From: the human T2T-CHM13v2.0 reference genome, Homo sapiens
NCBI RefSeq assembly: GCF_009914755.1
Contig: NC_060928.1
Reading direction: 5' to 3' (one strand)
DNA length: 64,000 nucleotides
Shown: positions 34,273 through 46,364 of the stretch, piece by piece
Layout: each line of letters starts with the position of its first letter
Position numbering within the stretch: position 1 is the stretch's first letter
Notes under the pieces: generated by a model
What the model was told of the DNA's origin: nothing
The model's input: the letters and a program-made list of their open reading frames with translations, nothing else
Databases searched by the model: none
Translations under genes and position numbers: made by a program

Positions 34273-35554
34273 TGTGTTGTTTTTTAAATCATTTCCAGGC
34301 TCATGGTGTATACCTTCTGCGCCAGTCCTAGGTGAATTTCTCCTGGTTGGTGAGTTTTCATTGTTTACCTCTGCTCACACAGGGACTCGAGGAGGGAGAC
34401 TAGGACTCAGAGTCCTCCTTCATCTTGTCACTTCTCTAAACAATTACTTTTTGTTGAAGACGCCATGTAAGCTGGAATTCAAAGCCATCTCTTTGAACAA
34501 CTGTGTGAAATAATCGTGCTAAACTGTTATTCTCCTTTAATCGTTCCAACCAAGCACCCACGGGGGCCATTATTCCTCTCCTACAACTGCAAGGCAGTGC
34601 CTCACCAACTAGCTTTGTTCCTGAGGCAAGCGGCAGGAACCCCTCTGCTTTCCTCAGTGAGCAAGCGGCCCCTGACCCTGGCGAGTGAGTTTTCTCTTCA
34701 CAGCCCCCTGTCCCTGCTGCCCACTGAGCCAGCCAGCCCGAGGGTGGAAAAGTCATTCTGGCTCTAAGCTTCCAGCACAGTCCGGGAGACCACACGGGTC
34801 CTGGGGAGGGTGGCTAAGCCCGAGGGGCTTTATAGGATGAGTCACAAGAAAGTCCATCTGGTGGGCCCTCCCTGACTCCCCTCCACTGTCCCCGGCTCAC
34901 GGCGAGGAAGGCAAGGCTGGTGGGGGGGACAGGAAAGGGCTGGGGTCTCTCCCCACCTCCACTGCCAACGCCCTGCAGACCCCCAGGCCACAGCCTTTCC
35001 CGGGGCTCCCCCAAGGTATGGGAGGTGGGGCGGGTCCAGTTTACGCTGGTTTCAAAGAAGTGAGAGCGCCCCGCCGCCATGTCATGGAGGGTCCCGCGCC
35101 CCCACCCCTTGCCTGGGGTCGTGTGTGGGCAGCCGCAGAAAGCGCCCCGACGGCAGGAGCGGGGTTCCAGGCTGAGACCGGGCCTCGGCGGCGCCCCTTC
35201 CTGCCGGGAGTGGCGCATCCCAGGACCCACAGACAAACAGGGCCAGCCAGGGTCACCCGGAGCGCGAAGGCCGGCTATGGGCTTAGGGTGGGGTCTGGTC
35301 CCTACGGCCGGCCTAGGGGGAACGCGGGACAGGAGAAGGTCTGGGAAAAACCTGCTTCCGAGGCCTCGGCTTCGGGGCGTCCTCCTGAGCTGGCGCCAGC
35401 CCGCAGCGGGGCCGGGCAGGGACGCCGGCCTAACGGTGGGGACCGGCAGGGCCTGGGGGCAGGACGAGACAAGCACACAACCGACGGGGCGGGGCCAGGC
35501 GAGGGCACGGGGCCGAAGAAGCTTCTGCCAGGCCCGAGACCCGCACTTAGTTAC

Positions 35555-35630
35555 CTGAGAAGGCGGGAAGGTGCGGCCGCGGGGTGAGCGGCGGACTGAC
35601 CCAGCTCCAGCGCCTCTGCAGAGGCTTGCA
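35555..35630 (-). ncRNA. PCGF3-AS1: Probable first exon of an antisense lncRNA (recalled as PCGF3-AS1/LOC100129917)
   Basis: Lies immediately downstream (minus sense) of the CCAAT cluster and ends at a consensus donor. The name is from memory of the locus and the TSS is approximate. Confidence 0.55.
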
Positions 35631-35809
35631 ATGGCGTCTCTCGGGCTCTGATTGGTCAGGCCTCCACACGTGAGCCTCTAGGAGCCAATCATGTCGGCCC
35701 ACCTAGCATGCGCTGATTGGCTCAGGCTGGCCAGGGGCGGGCGCGGTCCTTCCACGGCCCGGTCCCCGCTCCCTTCCCCAGGCCCGGAGGCCCCGCCCGA
35801 GCGGCTCCG

Positions 35810-35970
35810 CTGGGGGCGGTTCTGCTGGAGAGGACGGATCTGCTGGGGAGATGGATATCCTGGAGGGGCGGATCTACTCGGGGGGCGGGTCTGCTGGGAA
35901 GGCCGGATCTGCTGTGAGGGGCGGGTCTTCTGGAGGGGCCGATCTGCTGAGGGGGCCGGATCTGCTGCCT
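35810..35970. repeat. Degenerate ~18-20-bp G-rich tandem repeat (ggggcggatctgctg-like), ~8 copies
   Basis: Recurrent ggggc(g/c)gatctgctg and gggcgggtct motifs. Confidence 0.7.
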
Positions 35971-36562
35971 GACAGGGCTTCCTGGCCTGGGGAGGAGGCC
36001 GTGTCTGGAGCTTGAAAGCCGGCCCCGCTGTGTTCAAGATACAGTCAAACGTTCAGAAGGAGGAGACTCCGGGGGCAGGGTGGTGCCCAGCCAGTGCATG
36101 GGGCCAGGGCCACGCTGGTGGCACCCAGGCAGCGCTGCCTCCTGGCTCTCGAATGGCTGTTCTCTGCCCAGAATGCTCTCCCACGGGACACGCGCCTCCC
36201 TCCGGGTCTGTGCACGTCACTCTGACAGAGAGGCCCCCTGACCACTCATGAAATAGTAACCCTAACCATTGCTCTCTGCTCCCTGTCCTGCTTGATTTTC
36301 CTCCAGGGCAAACACCGCCACTTCCATGTTTATCATCTGTCCTCCATCACTAGGAAAACCAGTTCCAGGAGGGAGGGACTAGTATTCCCAGCCCCTAGAA
36401 CAGAGCAGCGCATATCACAGGGGCTCAGTAAACATCTGGGGAGGAGTGCCATTCCCAGGAGGCCTCAGACCCCGTCACCTGAGATGAGAGCTGGATCCCG
36501 GAGAAGCTCAGGTCTGACCCAGCATTCATTGCTGTAGGAAGGGCTCGTCTAGACTCCAAGGG

Positions 36563-36852
36563 AGCCGGGTGCGGTGGCTCACGCCTGAAATCCCAGCACT
36601 TCGGAAGGCCGAGGCGGGCGGATCACCAGGTCAGGAGATCCAGACCATCCTGGCTAACACGGTGAAACCCCGTCTCTACTAAAAATACAAAAAATTAGCC
36701 GGGCGTGGTGGCGGGTGCCTGTAGTCCCAGCTACTCGGGAGGCTGAGGCAGGAGAATGGTGTGAACTTGGGAGCGGAGCTTGCAGTGAGCCGAGATCGCA
36801 CCACTGCACTCCATCCTGGGGGACAGAGAGAGACTCTGTCTCAAAAAAAAAA
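36563..36852 (+). mobile_element. AluY-like
   Basis: Full dimer with TSD agactccaaggga on both sides. Confidence 0.93.
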
Positions 36853-37362
36853 GACTCCAAGGGAAAGCTGCCTGGGTCGTGACCTGGCACGTCCAAGTCG
36901 CTGCTTAGGCTTGCAAGGGGGTCCAGACCAGGCTGTGGATGGGAAATGGGAGGCTGGGGGAGGATGGAGGCTGAGCAGTGGCTGGATGTTGGGGTGCCCT
37001 GTTGAGGGGCAGCTGGCAGCAGCCACGGACACAGGGGTGGGTGCAAAGACACTGAGTTTCTGTTCCAGGAGGAAGGGGGGCCAGCTGGCAGAGGAGAGAT
37101 CACCCTGGGCAATTTGGTGGTGCCTGGGGTGCACACTTCCCCAGAGGCAGCAGGAGGAGGAGCTGGATACACCCTTCCCTGGGCTTGGAGGAGAGCACGT
37201 TCCCTCCCAGCTCCCACCTGGCATCCAGGAGGGCCCGGCCTGGGGTCAGGGCACATGGGGCCCTCCTGCCCTGGGACTGGGCAGCTCCCTGGGGCATTCC
37301 CAGCCAGCAGCATCAGGAAGGTTACAGGAGACCCAGACATGCTGCTCCCTAGAGAGGGCTCC

Positions 37363-38130
37363 TGACAAAGATTTTTTGTGTGGTCAAACTTTAGTTAACT
37401 TCCTGAATCTTCTGGTAGGCCCATTGGCCCACTTCCTTGTAAAATGCAGTTTTAGCAAAGAATCTGGCTAAGTCAGTTTAGCAACAAACCTTCATCCTGG
37501 AGATCTGATTGGGGTCCTCATGCTTCACCACCCTATGGGTCTGTCTGATTGCCCTGCCTGTCTCCAGCTAGAATCCAGTTAGATGGGTTTCATCAGAATC
37601 CCCCAACCCGATGTTCCTCAGTCATTTTCCATCCACTGAGCCCACCCTGCTCCTTGGCACCCATGGCAAGCCCTGTTGCATGGTCCCTGTACCTGTAGTG
37701 CTGGTCCTGAATAAAGCCTTCCTCACTCAGCTGTAACAAGTGTCACGGGACCATCTTTTCTTTTCTTTTTTCTTTTTTTTTTTTTTGAGAGGGAGTCTCG
37801 CTCTGTCGCCCAGGCTGGAGTGCAGTGGTGTCATCTCGGCTCACTGCAACCTCTGACTCCCAGGTTCAAGGCGATTCTCCTGCCTCAGCCTCCCGAGTAG
37901 CTAGGACTACAGTTGCTTGCCACCTCACCCAGCTTTTTTTTTTTTTTTTTGTAGTTTTAGTATTAATGGGGTTTCACCTTGTTAGCCAGAATAGTCTCCA
38001 TCTCCTGACCTCGTGATCCGCTCACCTCGTCCTCCCAAAGTGCTGGGATGACAGGCGTGAGCCACCGCGCCCGGCCTGAACCACCGCACCTGGCCTGAAC
38101 CACCGCACCTGGCCAGAATCATCTTTTAAC
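37363..38130 (+). mobile_element. ERV1 LTR (MER31-like) interrupted near its 3' end by an antisense Alu (~37755-38075)
   Basis: TGACAAAGATT...CAAACTTTAGT...TTCCTTGTAAAATGCAGTTTTAGCAAAG, AATAAA at ~37710, ends ...ttttaaCA. Confidence 0.65.
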
Positions 38131-38734
38131 AGCTTCCAAACTTGGAGGTCAAACAAGGACTTTCTGGGGAAGCAAGTGGCAGGCAGCAGCTAGGTGTGGG
38201 CTGCGCATCCAGCGGATTGAGTGTGGGCGGGACCGCCAGCAACCAGGCAGAGGGGCTGTTCTCTGGGTTGGGGTCAGGAACCTCTTCTGGCCTCAGCCCA
38301 GGTTGGCAGACATTTCCCTGCAGGGATCCGGGTCCAGGACTCAGGAGGAGGGACAGTCCCACGGGGGTGCTGGGGGGCAGGAATTCCTGGGTGGGCCGAG
38401 GTAAGGGCAGCACAGGGTGACCTGGGGCCCTGGGCCCGGTGGAGCTGAGGAGAGGGACAGGCCTGTGGTCGGGGGTCCTAGGTGGGAGGGAGAGCAGAGG
38501 GCAGATGCTTTGCGGGTGGAAGAACCACCCTGGGGGGCGGGAGACCCTGAAGGCGCAGGTTTGTGTTTAGATGGAGGTTGCGCTGGCTGGACGGCCTAGG
38601 GAAAATGGGTCTGACTGGATGGAGCTGAGTGAGAATGGTGGGAGGCCCTGCAGCCGCCGTGGAGAGAACATGCGCGGGGGAAAGCCCCGGTCCTCCGGCT
38701 GGCGAAATGGACCTCTGGAAGGAATGGCCACACG

Positions 38735-40257
38735 GTGTGAAATCACTGGTGTTTATTGGCTGTGATTCCATCCGGAGAGAACACACGCAGGGGCCCCGAC
38801 ATGCAGGAGGAGGCGCAGGCGCAGGACAGACGGACAGAGGACACCACGGTCTAAGCTAAGCTCGCGGCCCGGGGCGCCATGCGCTGGGAACGGGGTGCGC
38901 AGGTTCTACGAGAGGACGCCCTGTCTGCTCAGAGCTGGCTTTGTAAGGTGTGAAAACAGGAGTTTTTAAAAGACACGACCCGGGAGAAGTCAGTGAGAGG
39001 GCACAGGGCGAGCAGGACGGACAGCGACGTCCCCGCGGGCCGCGTCGCTGGGGCGCAGAGGGGCGTCGGTCGTTAGTATTGCAGTCTAACGTTATGGCTT
39101 CTCTAAAGCTATGTAAGGTCATGAAGGTCAATGCCAAGCCACGCCCTGGCCCGAAACACGTGGAGACTTGATGCATTTTTGATGTGGACGAAAGGGCCCG
39201 GGGGCGAGGCGGCGCCTGTCAAGATAAAACTCATTAAATGCAAAGACCTCATTTACCTGAGATTCAACAAATTGTGATGCAAATTAAACATGAATGGAGG
39301 AGAAACAGGGGCTCGGATGCCGCCCCGCAGGGCCACCAGGTGGATTAGGCCACACACGCGCCAGCTGCGCGCAGGGAACCCCGCAGGCCCCACCCGAGGA
39401 GCTGCCCACGGAGGAGGTGCTGGGCAGGGGCGCAGGGTCTCCAGCGTCCGGTGCCTCGGGCCTCTGCGGCTCCTGTGGAGGGTGCAGTGTTCAATGGCCG
39501 AGGGCAGGGGTCCTCCCCAGGGAGAAGCAGCAGCCGCGTGGGCGGAGAGGCTAGGAGGCCGGGCGGGGGGCGAGGACTTGGGAAGAGCGGGGTGACGGGG
39601 GTGGGGGCTGGGCGTCCCCCAAACCTATTGCTTTGTTTCCTTTAGTTTAGAAGTGAACACGGCCGTGGCGTTCGTAAGAAGCAAAACCTTCCAGAGAGGA
39701 GAGGAAAGGACGCGGACAGAGACGGATGGACAGGGGCGCGAGGGGGCCAGGCCGGGGGGCGGAGAGCGGCCGCGTGCGGACGCAAATACTCACGGCGGAG
39801 CGATCCGAACCCCGGAGTCCGCGTGCAGGAGGGGGACCCAGGCCCCGCCGCCCTCGCCCCGCCCGCACCCCCCCGTCTGCTATGGCTGTGCTCCTGAGTG
39901 CGGGCCCGACAGGCGCCCACCGCCGCGAACGCGCGCACAGGGGTGGTCGCGGGGCTGCCCTTCGGCGGCCCTGGCCTCGGGCGCTGCTGGGTGGGCGGTA
40001 AACAGCAAGAGAAAGGGGCGTCCCAGGCGATGGGGCTCCAGCCACCCGCGGGCAGAGGAGCACGGGGCGGACTGGGGGGGTCCTGGGGGCGCGCGCCCCT
40101 TGCCGGGTGAGGGAGGCGGCGGGCGCGGGCAGGGCGGGCCTGGGGCTATGGCTTATATCGGCGTGGGGGCTGCGCTCTGCTCGTCCCTCAGGGGCCTCCG
40201 CGGAGGATCTGTAGGGGGAGGGGCGGGGGCTCCGCGGGGCCGCTGTCCCGCGCGCGG
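38735..40257 (-). other. CPLX1: CPLX1 3'UTR (GC-rich, ~1.5 kb; end approximate)
   Basis: Lies between the stop codon and a minus-strand AATAAA (plus TTTATT 38752-38757). Confidence 0.85.
38752..38757 (-). terminator. CPLX1: CPLX1 polyadenylation signal
   Basis: Canonical AATAAA on the minus strand ~1.5 kb downstream of the CPLX1 stop. Confidence 0.85.
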
Positions 40258-41000
40258 CTACTTCTTGAGCATGTCCTGCAGCGGCCCGGGCAGGTACTTG
40301 ATGACGGTGTCCAGGATGCTCTCGTCCTCCTCCTCCACCTCGTCCCCGCAGCCCGGCGGGATGGCCTTCTTGGGCCGCGTCAAGCTCCCCTCGGAGTTGG
40401 CCTCCATGGCGGCCTGGGCCTCGGCCTCGCGCTCCTCCTTCTTCTTGATGCCGTACTGCGGGGGAGGCGGGGGTCAGGGCGGGGGTCCCGGCGGCTCCCG
40501 GGCGGGCCGCAGCCTCCCTGCGCCAGGGACTGGCCCAGGAACCCCCGAAGGCGTGGGTGCGGCCCCCTACCCCACCAGGCACACAAGGACCCCAGAAGGA
40601 GAAGAGACCCCACCCCGGGGGGTCCCTGGAGGAATGGGAAGCCCCCACGGAGAATGGGGGCCAGGAGCTGACATGGGGGGGAGCAGGGAGGGGGAGGCTC
40701 CCATCTTCCTTGAGAGGAGAGAGGGCTGTGGCCCCACCTCTGGCTCCAAACCCAGCCCAGCCCCTGGCATCCTGCCTTCCAGGAAGCCTCCGGCCCGGGG
40801 CAGGGAGGGGTGGGCAGGATGCTGCGTGGCAGAGGTGGGGAGAAACAGTCACCCCGCAGCTGACCCTCCTGCCCAGTGCCTGGTCCACGACCTGCATTCA
40901 CACTCCCGGGCCTGGCCAAGGCTGCCTGGATGCGGCCGCGGCCCCAGCAGGGCCACTCCCTGGCAGGCCGCTGCAGCTCCGTGGGCAGCCGGCAGAGGGT
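38800..41000. promoter_or_regulatory. 3' CpG island over the CPLX1 last exon and 3'UTR
   Basis: Very high GC and CpG content throughout. Confidence 0.75.
40258..40455 (-). CDS. CPLX1: CPLX1 terminal coding exon ([65 protein letters not shown])
   Basis: Minus-strand acceptor ctcccccgcAG, 198 nt ending in TAG (plus-strand cta at 40258-40260). Continues IRDK|YGIKK in phase 0. Confidence 0.98.
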
Positions 41001-41134
41001 CCTGGGCTGCGGTCACTTCCAGGCACTGGGTGTCCTGGAATCCCGCCTAGTCGTGCCCTCAGCCAGTATGCCTGGGCCTTACCGACCCCCTGCCCACCCG
41101 CGTTTCTCATCTCCCGTGAGTGCGTCTGCCCTCC

Positions 41135-41500
41135 GTAGTAGCTGAATATTGTCCCCCTCAAATTCATATTGCCTGGAGCTTCAAAGGTGATCTCATTCGG
41201 AAACAGGTCTTTGTTGATCTCATAATGGTAAGGATGGGGACGAGGCCATCCTGGATTTGAGGGGCCTCAAGTCCAGTGAGAGTGTCCTTGTAAGAGACAG
41301 AAAGGACAGACACCCGGATGGGGGCGGGCATACGAAAGCGGAGGAGGTCGCGAGTGGTCAAGAAACACCAGGGATTCGGGGCCGCCAGACGCAGGAAGGG
41401 GCAGGGAAGGGCCCTCCCCCAGAGCCTCCAGAGGGAGTGTGGGATTTTGTTCTTCTGCCCTCCAGGCCTCTAAGTTTTTGTCAGGCCCCGGGTTTTGGTT
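41135..41500 (+). mobile_element. MaLR LTR (MLT1-like)
   Basis: gctgaatattgtccccctcaaattcat...tcggaaacaggtctttg...gtgtccttgtaagaga. Confidence 0.6.
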
Positions 41501-43643
41501 TCTAGATCAATACGCCTCCCCACGCCACACTCCTCCAGCCCTCCGGTGAGCCACCAGCCCAGGAAGCCTGTGGTCATGGTCAGGCCACGGAACTACGGAA
41601 CAGCCTCCTGCTGCCCAGGAAGGTGGGAACCAGTGGGGTTGGGCTGGCCTGGAAGGATTGGGGGCCTGGTGTTGTACGGAGCTGGACTTCCATCCCCTGA
41701 ACAGGACCCCCGGGCCAGGTCCAAGGTCCTGGATCTGAGATTACAGGTGCTCTGGAGTAGTGAAGGCGTCAGCAGCTGCGTCCAGGAGAAAACTTAGGAG
41801 GGGAGTGGGCACCAGCACTCTACAGGACGGAGGAGCACACCGCGGGATCACCAGCCACAGGGAGGGGCCTTTCTGCCCAGGAGGAGCCCCTCCCCTGCCA
41901 TCTCCTGCTCCTGTCTCAGCAGCCCCTCCCCATAGAAGCAGTTGGTTCTGCTCCTGGTGCTGGGCACCCCCTGGATCTCCAAGGAGACCCCTCCTTCCTC
42001 CCAAATGGAGGGGGGGCTGCCTGTGTGCTCCCCAACCCCACCGAGGGCAGTCTCGGCACCTCTCCCCTCCCCTAGGGCTGCAGGTGGCTCTGGGTGTGGG
42101 GGGCCAGGGCCACCTTCAGTGAGATGGAAAGGAGGGCGCCACGTTCCCAGCCGCCTGTGGCCAGACCACCACCTGGCCACTGAGGAGAGAGGGGCCGTGG
42201 GCTCGCCCTAGTCCTCAGCAGCCCCTGCGCACTCTTGACAGAGCCGGGACTCCAGGGGTCTCCTCAGTGAAACGAAGAGCACAGGGTAGGAACGTTCTCC
42301 GCACAACAGGGGCGACACCCAGAGGGCCCTGCAGGCCCAGAACAAAGCCCTGACCCTGTGGGGCAGCAAGAGCAGATTGGTTCTCGTCCTAGCCATCCAC
42401 AGCGGGAAGGGCAGCAGCTCCAGGCACGGAAGTGGAGGGAGCATGTGCTCTTCGTCCTGTGGGGCCAGGGGTGTGCTGGGGAGAGCGATGCCACTGGAAG
42501 CTAGGTCCGGCCAGAGAGCCTCCCTCCAGCCAGGGGTGTGGGGGTCTGTGCATGTGGCGGCAACATGTGTATCCAGCCCAGGAGGCTGTGCTGCCCACAG
42601 CAAAAGCACTCAGGAACATGTGTGTGCTCAGAGGAGCATGCCTGTAACGGCGGAACATGAGTTGTGTGAGCAAAGGAACCTCCCAGGTCAGGGGAGTGAC
42701 CCTTGGGGCTTGTGGGACCCTGTCTGCAAACGGTGTGGGATCCTTCCTTCTGGGCCCAGGAAGGAGACCCCAGGCCCTGCCACCAGGTTGTGGGACACTC
42801 GGAGCTTGGCCTGAAGTGCCAGTTGCTGCAGTGAGGCTCCAGGTCATTCTGAGGCTGAGGTCACGCCGGACTTGGCCTGAGGGCCAGGGTCACTCTGCCG
42901 GGAAAACAGGCTCCGGGGCTGGGCTGCACACCAGAGCCTGGCTTCCACGTGGTCTGGCTGAGACCCAGTTCTGAGGCGTCTGCTCCAGAGACAAACGCCC
43001 AGGCACACCCAGCCCCAGGCCCACCGTGATGCTGGGCAGCAGCTCTCCAGGAAGTAACACCTGAGGATGGGAGTGGCTGCTGGGGGCGCCCAGGAGGCCC
43101 TGACACGTCTGAGGTGAGACCCTGAACCCTGAAAACACGGTATTCGTGAGAAAAAAGGGCAGTGGGTGCTAATCAATGCTGAGAACCAACAATAGGAATG
43201 ATAGGACCAAACAGCCAGCATTCAGCAACCAGGTGGACACCTCCTAGCCGCTGTGGGAGCTGCGGGGGGTAGGGGGATGCAATGTATTGAGGGAGCCTAG
43301 TGGGCCCTCAGAAGGCCCGTGCAGGAAGGCCCAGGTGTGGGCTGCCCAACATGGGTGGCTGGAAGCTTATGCAGGACAAGGGCGGGTCAGTGCGCGGAGC
43401 ACAGCGGGGCAGTCTCCCTCCTGCTCCCTGGGCCCGGGCCTGTCCAGATGGCTGCCTGACAGGAGGTGCAGGCGCGCTGCTCCTCTGGGAACTGCCTAGG
43501 GGGCTGGACACTCCAAAAGGACCCAGTCCCCATCTGCACAGAGGCCTTGGACAGGGCAGCTCAGCGTCTCTTCTCTAACCAACCCCCAAGATGCCGGGGG
43601 GTGCCACGGCCCAGAGGAGGCTGGAGGCAGCAGGTGTTCTGAT

Positions 43644-43877
43644 CAGGTGGCCACGCCTGAGGGCAGGGTTCCCCCACCCCAACAGGTGGCCACGCCTGAA
43701 GGCAGGGTTCCCCTACCCCAACAGGTGGCCACGCCTGAAGGCAGGGTTCCCCCACCCCAACAGGTGGCCACGCCTGAGGGCGGGGTTCCCCCACCCCCCA
43801 AAGGCCACGCCTGAGGGCAGCGTTCCCCCACCCCAACAGGTGGCCACGCCTGAGGGCGGGGTTCCCCCACCCCAAAG
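43644..43877. repeat. 39-bp minisatellite, ~6 units, in the last CPLX1 intron
   Basis: Unit caggtggccacgcctgagggcagggttcccccaccccaa starts at 43644, 43683, 43722, 43761, ~43800 (variant) and 43837. Confidence 0.92.
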
Positions 43878-44559
43878 GCTCTGTGGAGGAGGACTCTGTG
43901 GGGAAGGTGTGGACGTGGGGTCCGGGGGGATCCACTTTGGCAGGGCCTCCAGAGCAGAGAGGCTGGTGCTTCCAAGGCCTGAGGGGCCAGTGGGCTGCGG
44001 AGGGGGCTGTTCTTGTGGGCAAGTGTGTGGCCTCAATCCCTGCCACCTGCTGTTCTCTGAGGGGCTTAGACCAAGGCAGGATCGCAGGTTGGTGCCTGGC
44101 AGCAAGGTCCGGCCAGCTCCCCATAGGCCTGACCGGCGAGCCCTGCACCCCAGCTGCCAGCTCTGGGCCCCACATGGAAGCTGAGGAGGTGCTTACGCTT
44201 CCCCCTCTCCTGGGCCTCACTCTCCCTGGCATCTCCCAGTCTCTGGAGGGTGCAGCTGCTGCATCCTGCCCGGGCCACTCGGTCCCTGACGCTGCTGGCC
44301 CTGTCCCCACCTCCTTGGGGTCCCCTCAGCCTGCCCTATCCTGCCTCTGGGGACCCTGAGGAATGACATGGCCTGGAACAGCCAGCGTCCCTCTAGGATC
44401 ATGCCAGCAGAGGCCGGAGCCCAGGGGACCAGACCCACTCCAGAGACACCTCCCTGGATACACGGACCCACACATAGCCCTCCCAGACCCCAGCCCACCA
44501 TCGCTTTGTGTCCTTCCCTCAGCTGCTACCCACTGCCACCTCCACTTCTACCCAGCGTC

Positions 44560-44830
44560 AGCTCTCTCTAGCTCTGCCTGGGGCTCTCTCCTCTCTGTTC
44601 CCTGTGTCTCGGCCTTGATTGCTGTCTCTCCCTCTCTCTGTGCCTGTCTCTCCTCTCTTTGTCTCTCTCCCCTCTCTCTTTCCCTCTTTTTGTCTTTTTC
44701 TCTGTCTCTCCCTCTCTGTGTCTCTGTCTCTCCCTCTGTCTTCTCTCTGTCTCTTTATCTCTGTGTCTCTGTTCCTCTCTGTTCTCTGACTCCCCCTTCC
44801 TTCTCCTCCTGTCCCCGTCTCCCGCTCCTG
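44560..44830. repeat. CT-rich low-complexity tract
   Basis: Degenerate (TC)n/(TCTG)n. Confidence 0.85.
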
Positions 44831-46188
44831 ATACCCACAGTCTCCCGAGCACATCCCAGTGGACTGTGGCTGCCTGGCTGAGATGGTGCATTTTCTCCTG
44901 ACTTCCTCCTGAAGCCCTGGGTCAGCTGCGGGGCGGGGGGCGGGGAGCGGGGGGCGGAGGGGTGGGCTGGAGGCTTGAGCCAGCACAGCAAAGTCGATCA
45001 ACAGGAGATCCCTGGAAACGTCCAGTGACCCTGGGTGGGATGCCAGGGCGCCCGGCCCCCACTCCCCATCAGCGGCTTCTCTGCACCCTCCAGGGTGCAT
45101 GGCGGTGGGCGGGGGGCTGCGAGGGACCGGAGGGTGTGGGGAGAATCCGTGGGTGGGGAGGAGCTGGCCTTTTGGGTACAGCGGCTGCATGTGCCGCACC
45201 TGCCCCGCCCCTGCCCTCCCAGCTCCACCTCTGTCCACTTCAGGAGCTCCAGCTTCCCCACAAGACCCCGTGAAGCCCACCCTTCCCTGGGTGCGGCTGA
45301 CACAAGGCCAGGAAACGGCTTCTCCACCTGCTCCAGGTGCCGCCGGCAGCAGGGAGGGGTCCCGGGAGTCTGAACCTTCCCACCCCGAAGCCAGGCCATC
45401 TTGGCCCATCCAGGGCAGGGGACTGAGGCCACCTTCTGGGAAACACAGCTTCCGGCCTGCTGGGCCTGCTGCGGCCCCTACCCTCGGGGCCAGGGCACGG
45501 GGTGAGCACTGCGCCCCAGGCAGCACCCCAGGCCCCTTCTACGTGGGATGTGAACATCTCCCACCATGCCCGCTCACCCCTGGCTGGAGACTCCTCCAGG
45601 CTGATGTCTGTGCCCACCCGGCTTCCAGCCAGGGCCGTGCTGGAGCCACCGAGGAAGCCGGAGCGGCTGTCGGGACCCAGGCTGCTCCCTGTGCCTCGTG
45701 CCCCTCGGACCTGGCCGCTGAGGGGACCGGGCTGAGTGGGAGTGACCTTGCGTGGCTGTCCTGGTGCTGGCAGCCACTCTGGGCCGCCTCGTGAATCCCA
45801 GTGGGTGCCCCCCTCCCTGAGTCCTCACTCCAGGCCGGGCTCACCTGAGAGCGCACCCCCCATGCCAGGTGGCCGCCCCACGACCCCTCGGCCCAGGGCC
45901 CCAGGCAGCCAGCCAGGCTCCACGCAGGGCTGCGCATCGGAATGCGGGCCTAGGAAGCCCGCCAGGGCTGGCGCTGTGGTCAGGAGCAGGAGGGGCTGGG
46001 CCCCACAGAGGGAGCCCAACCCGGAGCCCCCACCCCTCACCCCTCCGCCACTCTGAAGCCCCCAAAGGGTAGGAGGCCCAGGGGGACGCCCGCCCCTCTT
46101 CCGGGCAGCCCCTTCCACCCAGGCGGGATCTGGGTCCCCGCTGGACTCAGGGCCGCCTTCCCGCAGGCGGGGCCGGCCCGGCGCGCAC

Positions 46189-46364
46189 CTTGTCTCGGAT
46201 GCCCTGGCGCACGGCCTCGCGCTCCGCCTCCATCTTGGCGTACTTGGCCTTGCGCTCCTCCTCCGCCTGGCGCAGCGCCTCCTGCCGCTCCTCCTCCTTC
46301 TTGGCGGCGTCTGGGTCCTTCTCCTCGTCACCCCCCAGCATCTTCCCCATGTCCTTGGTGGCCC
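46189..46364 (-). CDS. CPLX1: CPLX1 internal coding exon ((G)[58 protein letters not shown]), accessory and central SNARE-binding helix
   Basis: 176-nt exon with minus-strand acceptor ttctgtaccAG and donor AAG|GTGCGC. The peptide is visible in ORF 46147..46398 and is unmistakably complexin. Confidence 0.98.

Larger units (their letters stand above)
35050..35970 (-). promoter_or_regulatory. CpG-island promoter with NF-Y, E-box and GC-box motifs
   Basis: High CpG density. ATTGG at 35651, CCAAT at 35685, ATTGG at 35716, CACGTG at 35667-35672, GC boxes. Minus-strand donor CAG|GTAACT at 35555/35554. Confidence 0.8.

Noticed and set aside
39009-39028. REST/RE1-like sites (cgagcaggacggacagcgac; also ctgtcctggtgctg near 45756)
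   Set aside because: Only one good half-site in the first and wrong spacer length in the second; not supportable without ChIP data.
39647-41050. 465-aa + and 416-aa - ORFs overlapping the CPLX1 last exon
   Set aside because: Shadow ORFs of extreme GC content with low-complexity G/A/P/R composition; the true frame is the complexin one.
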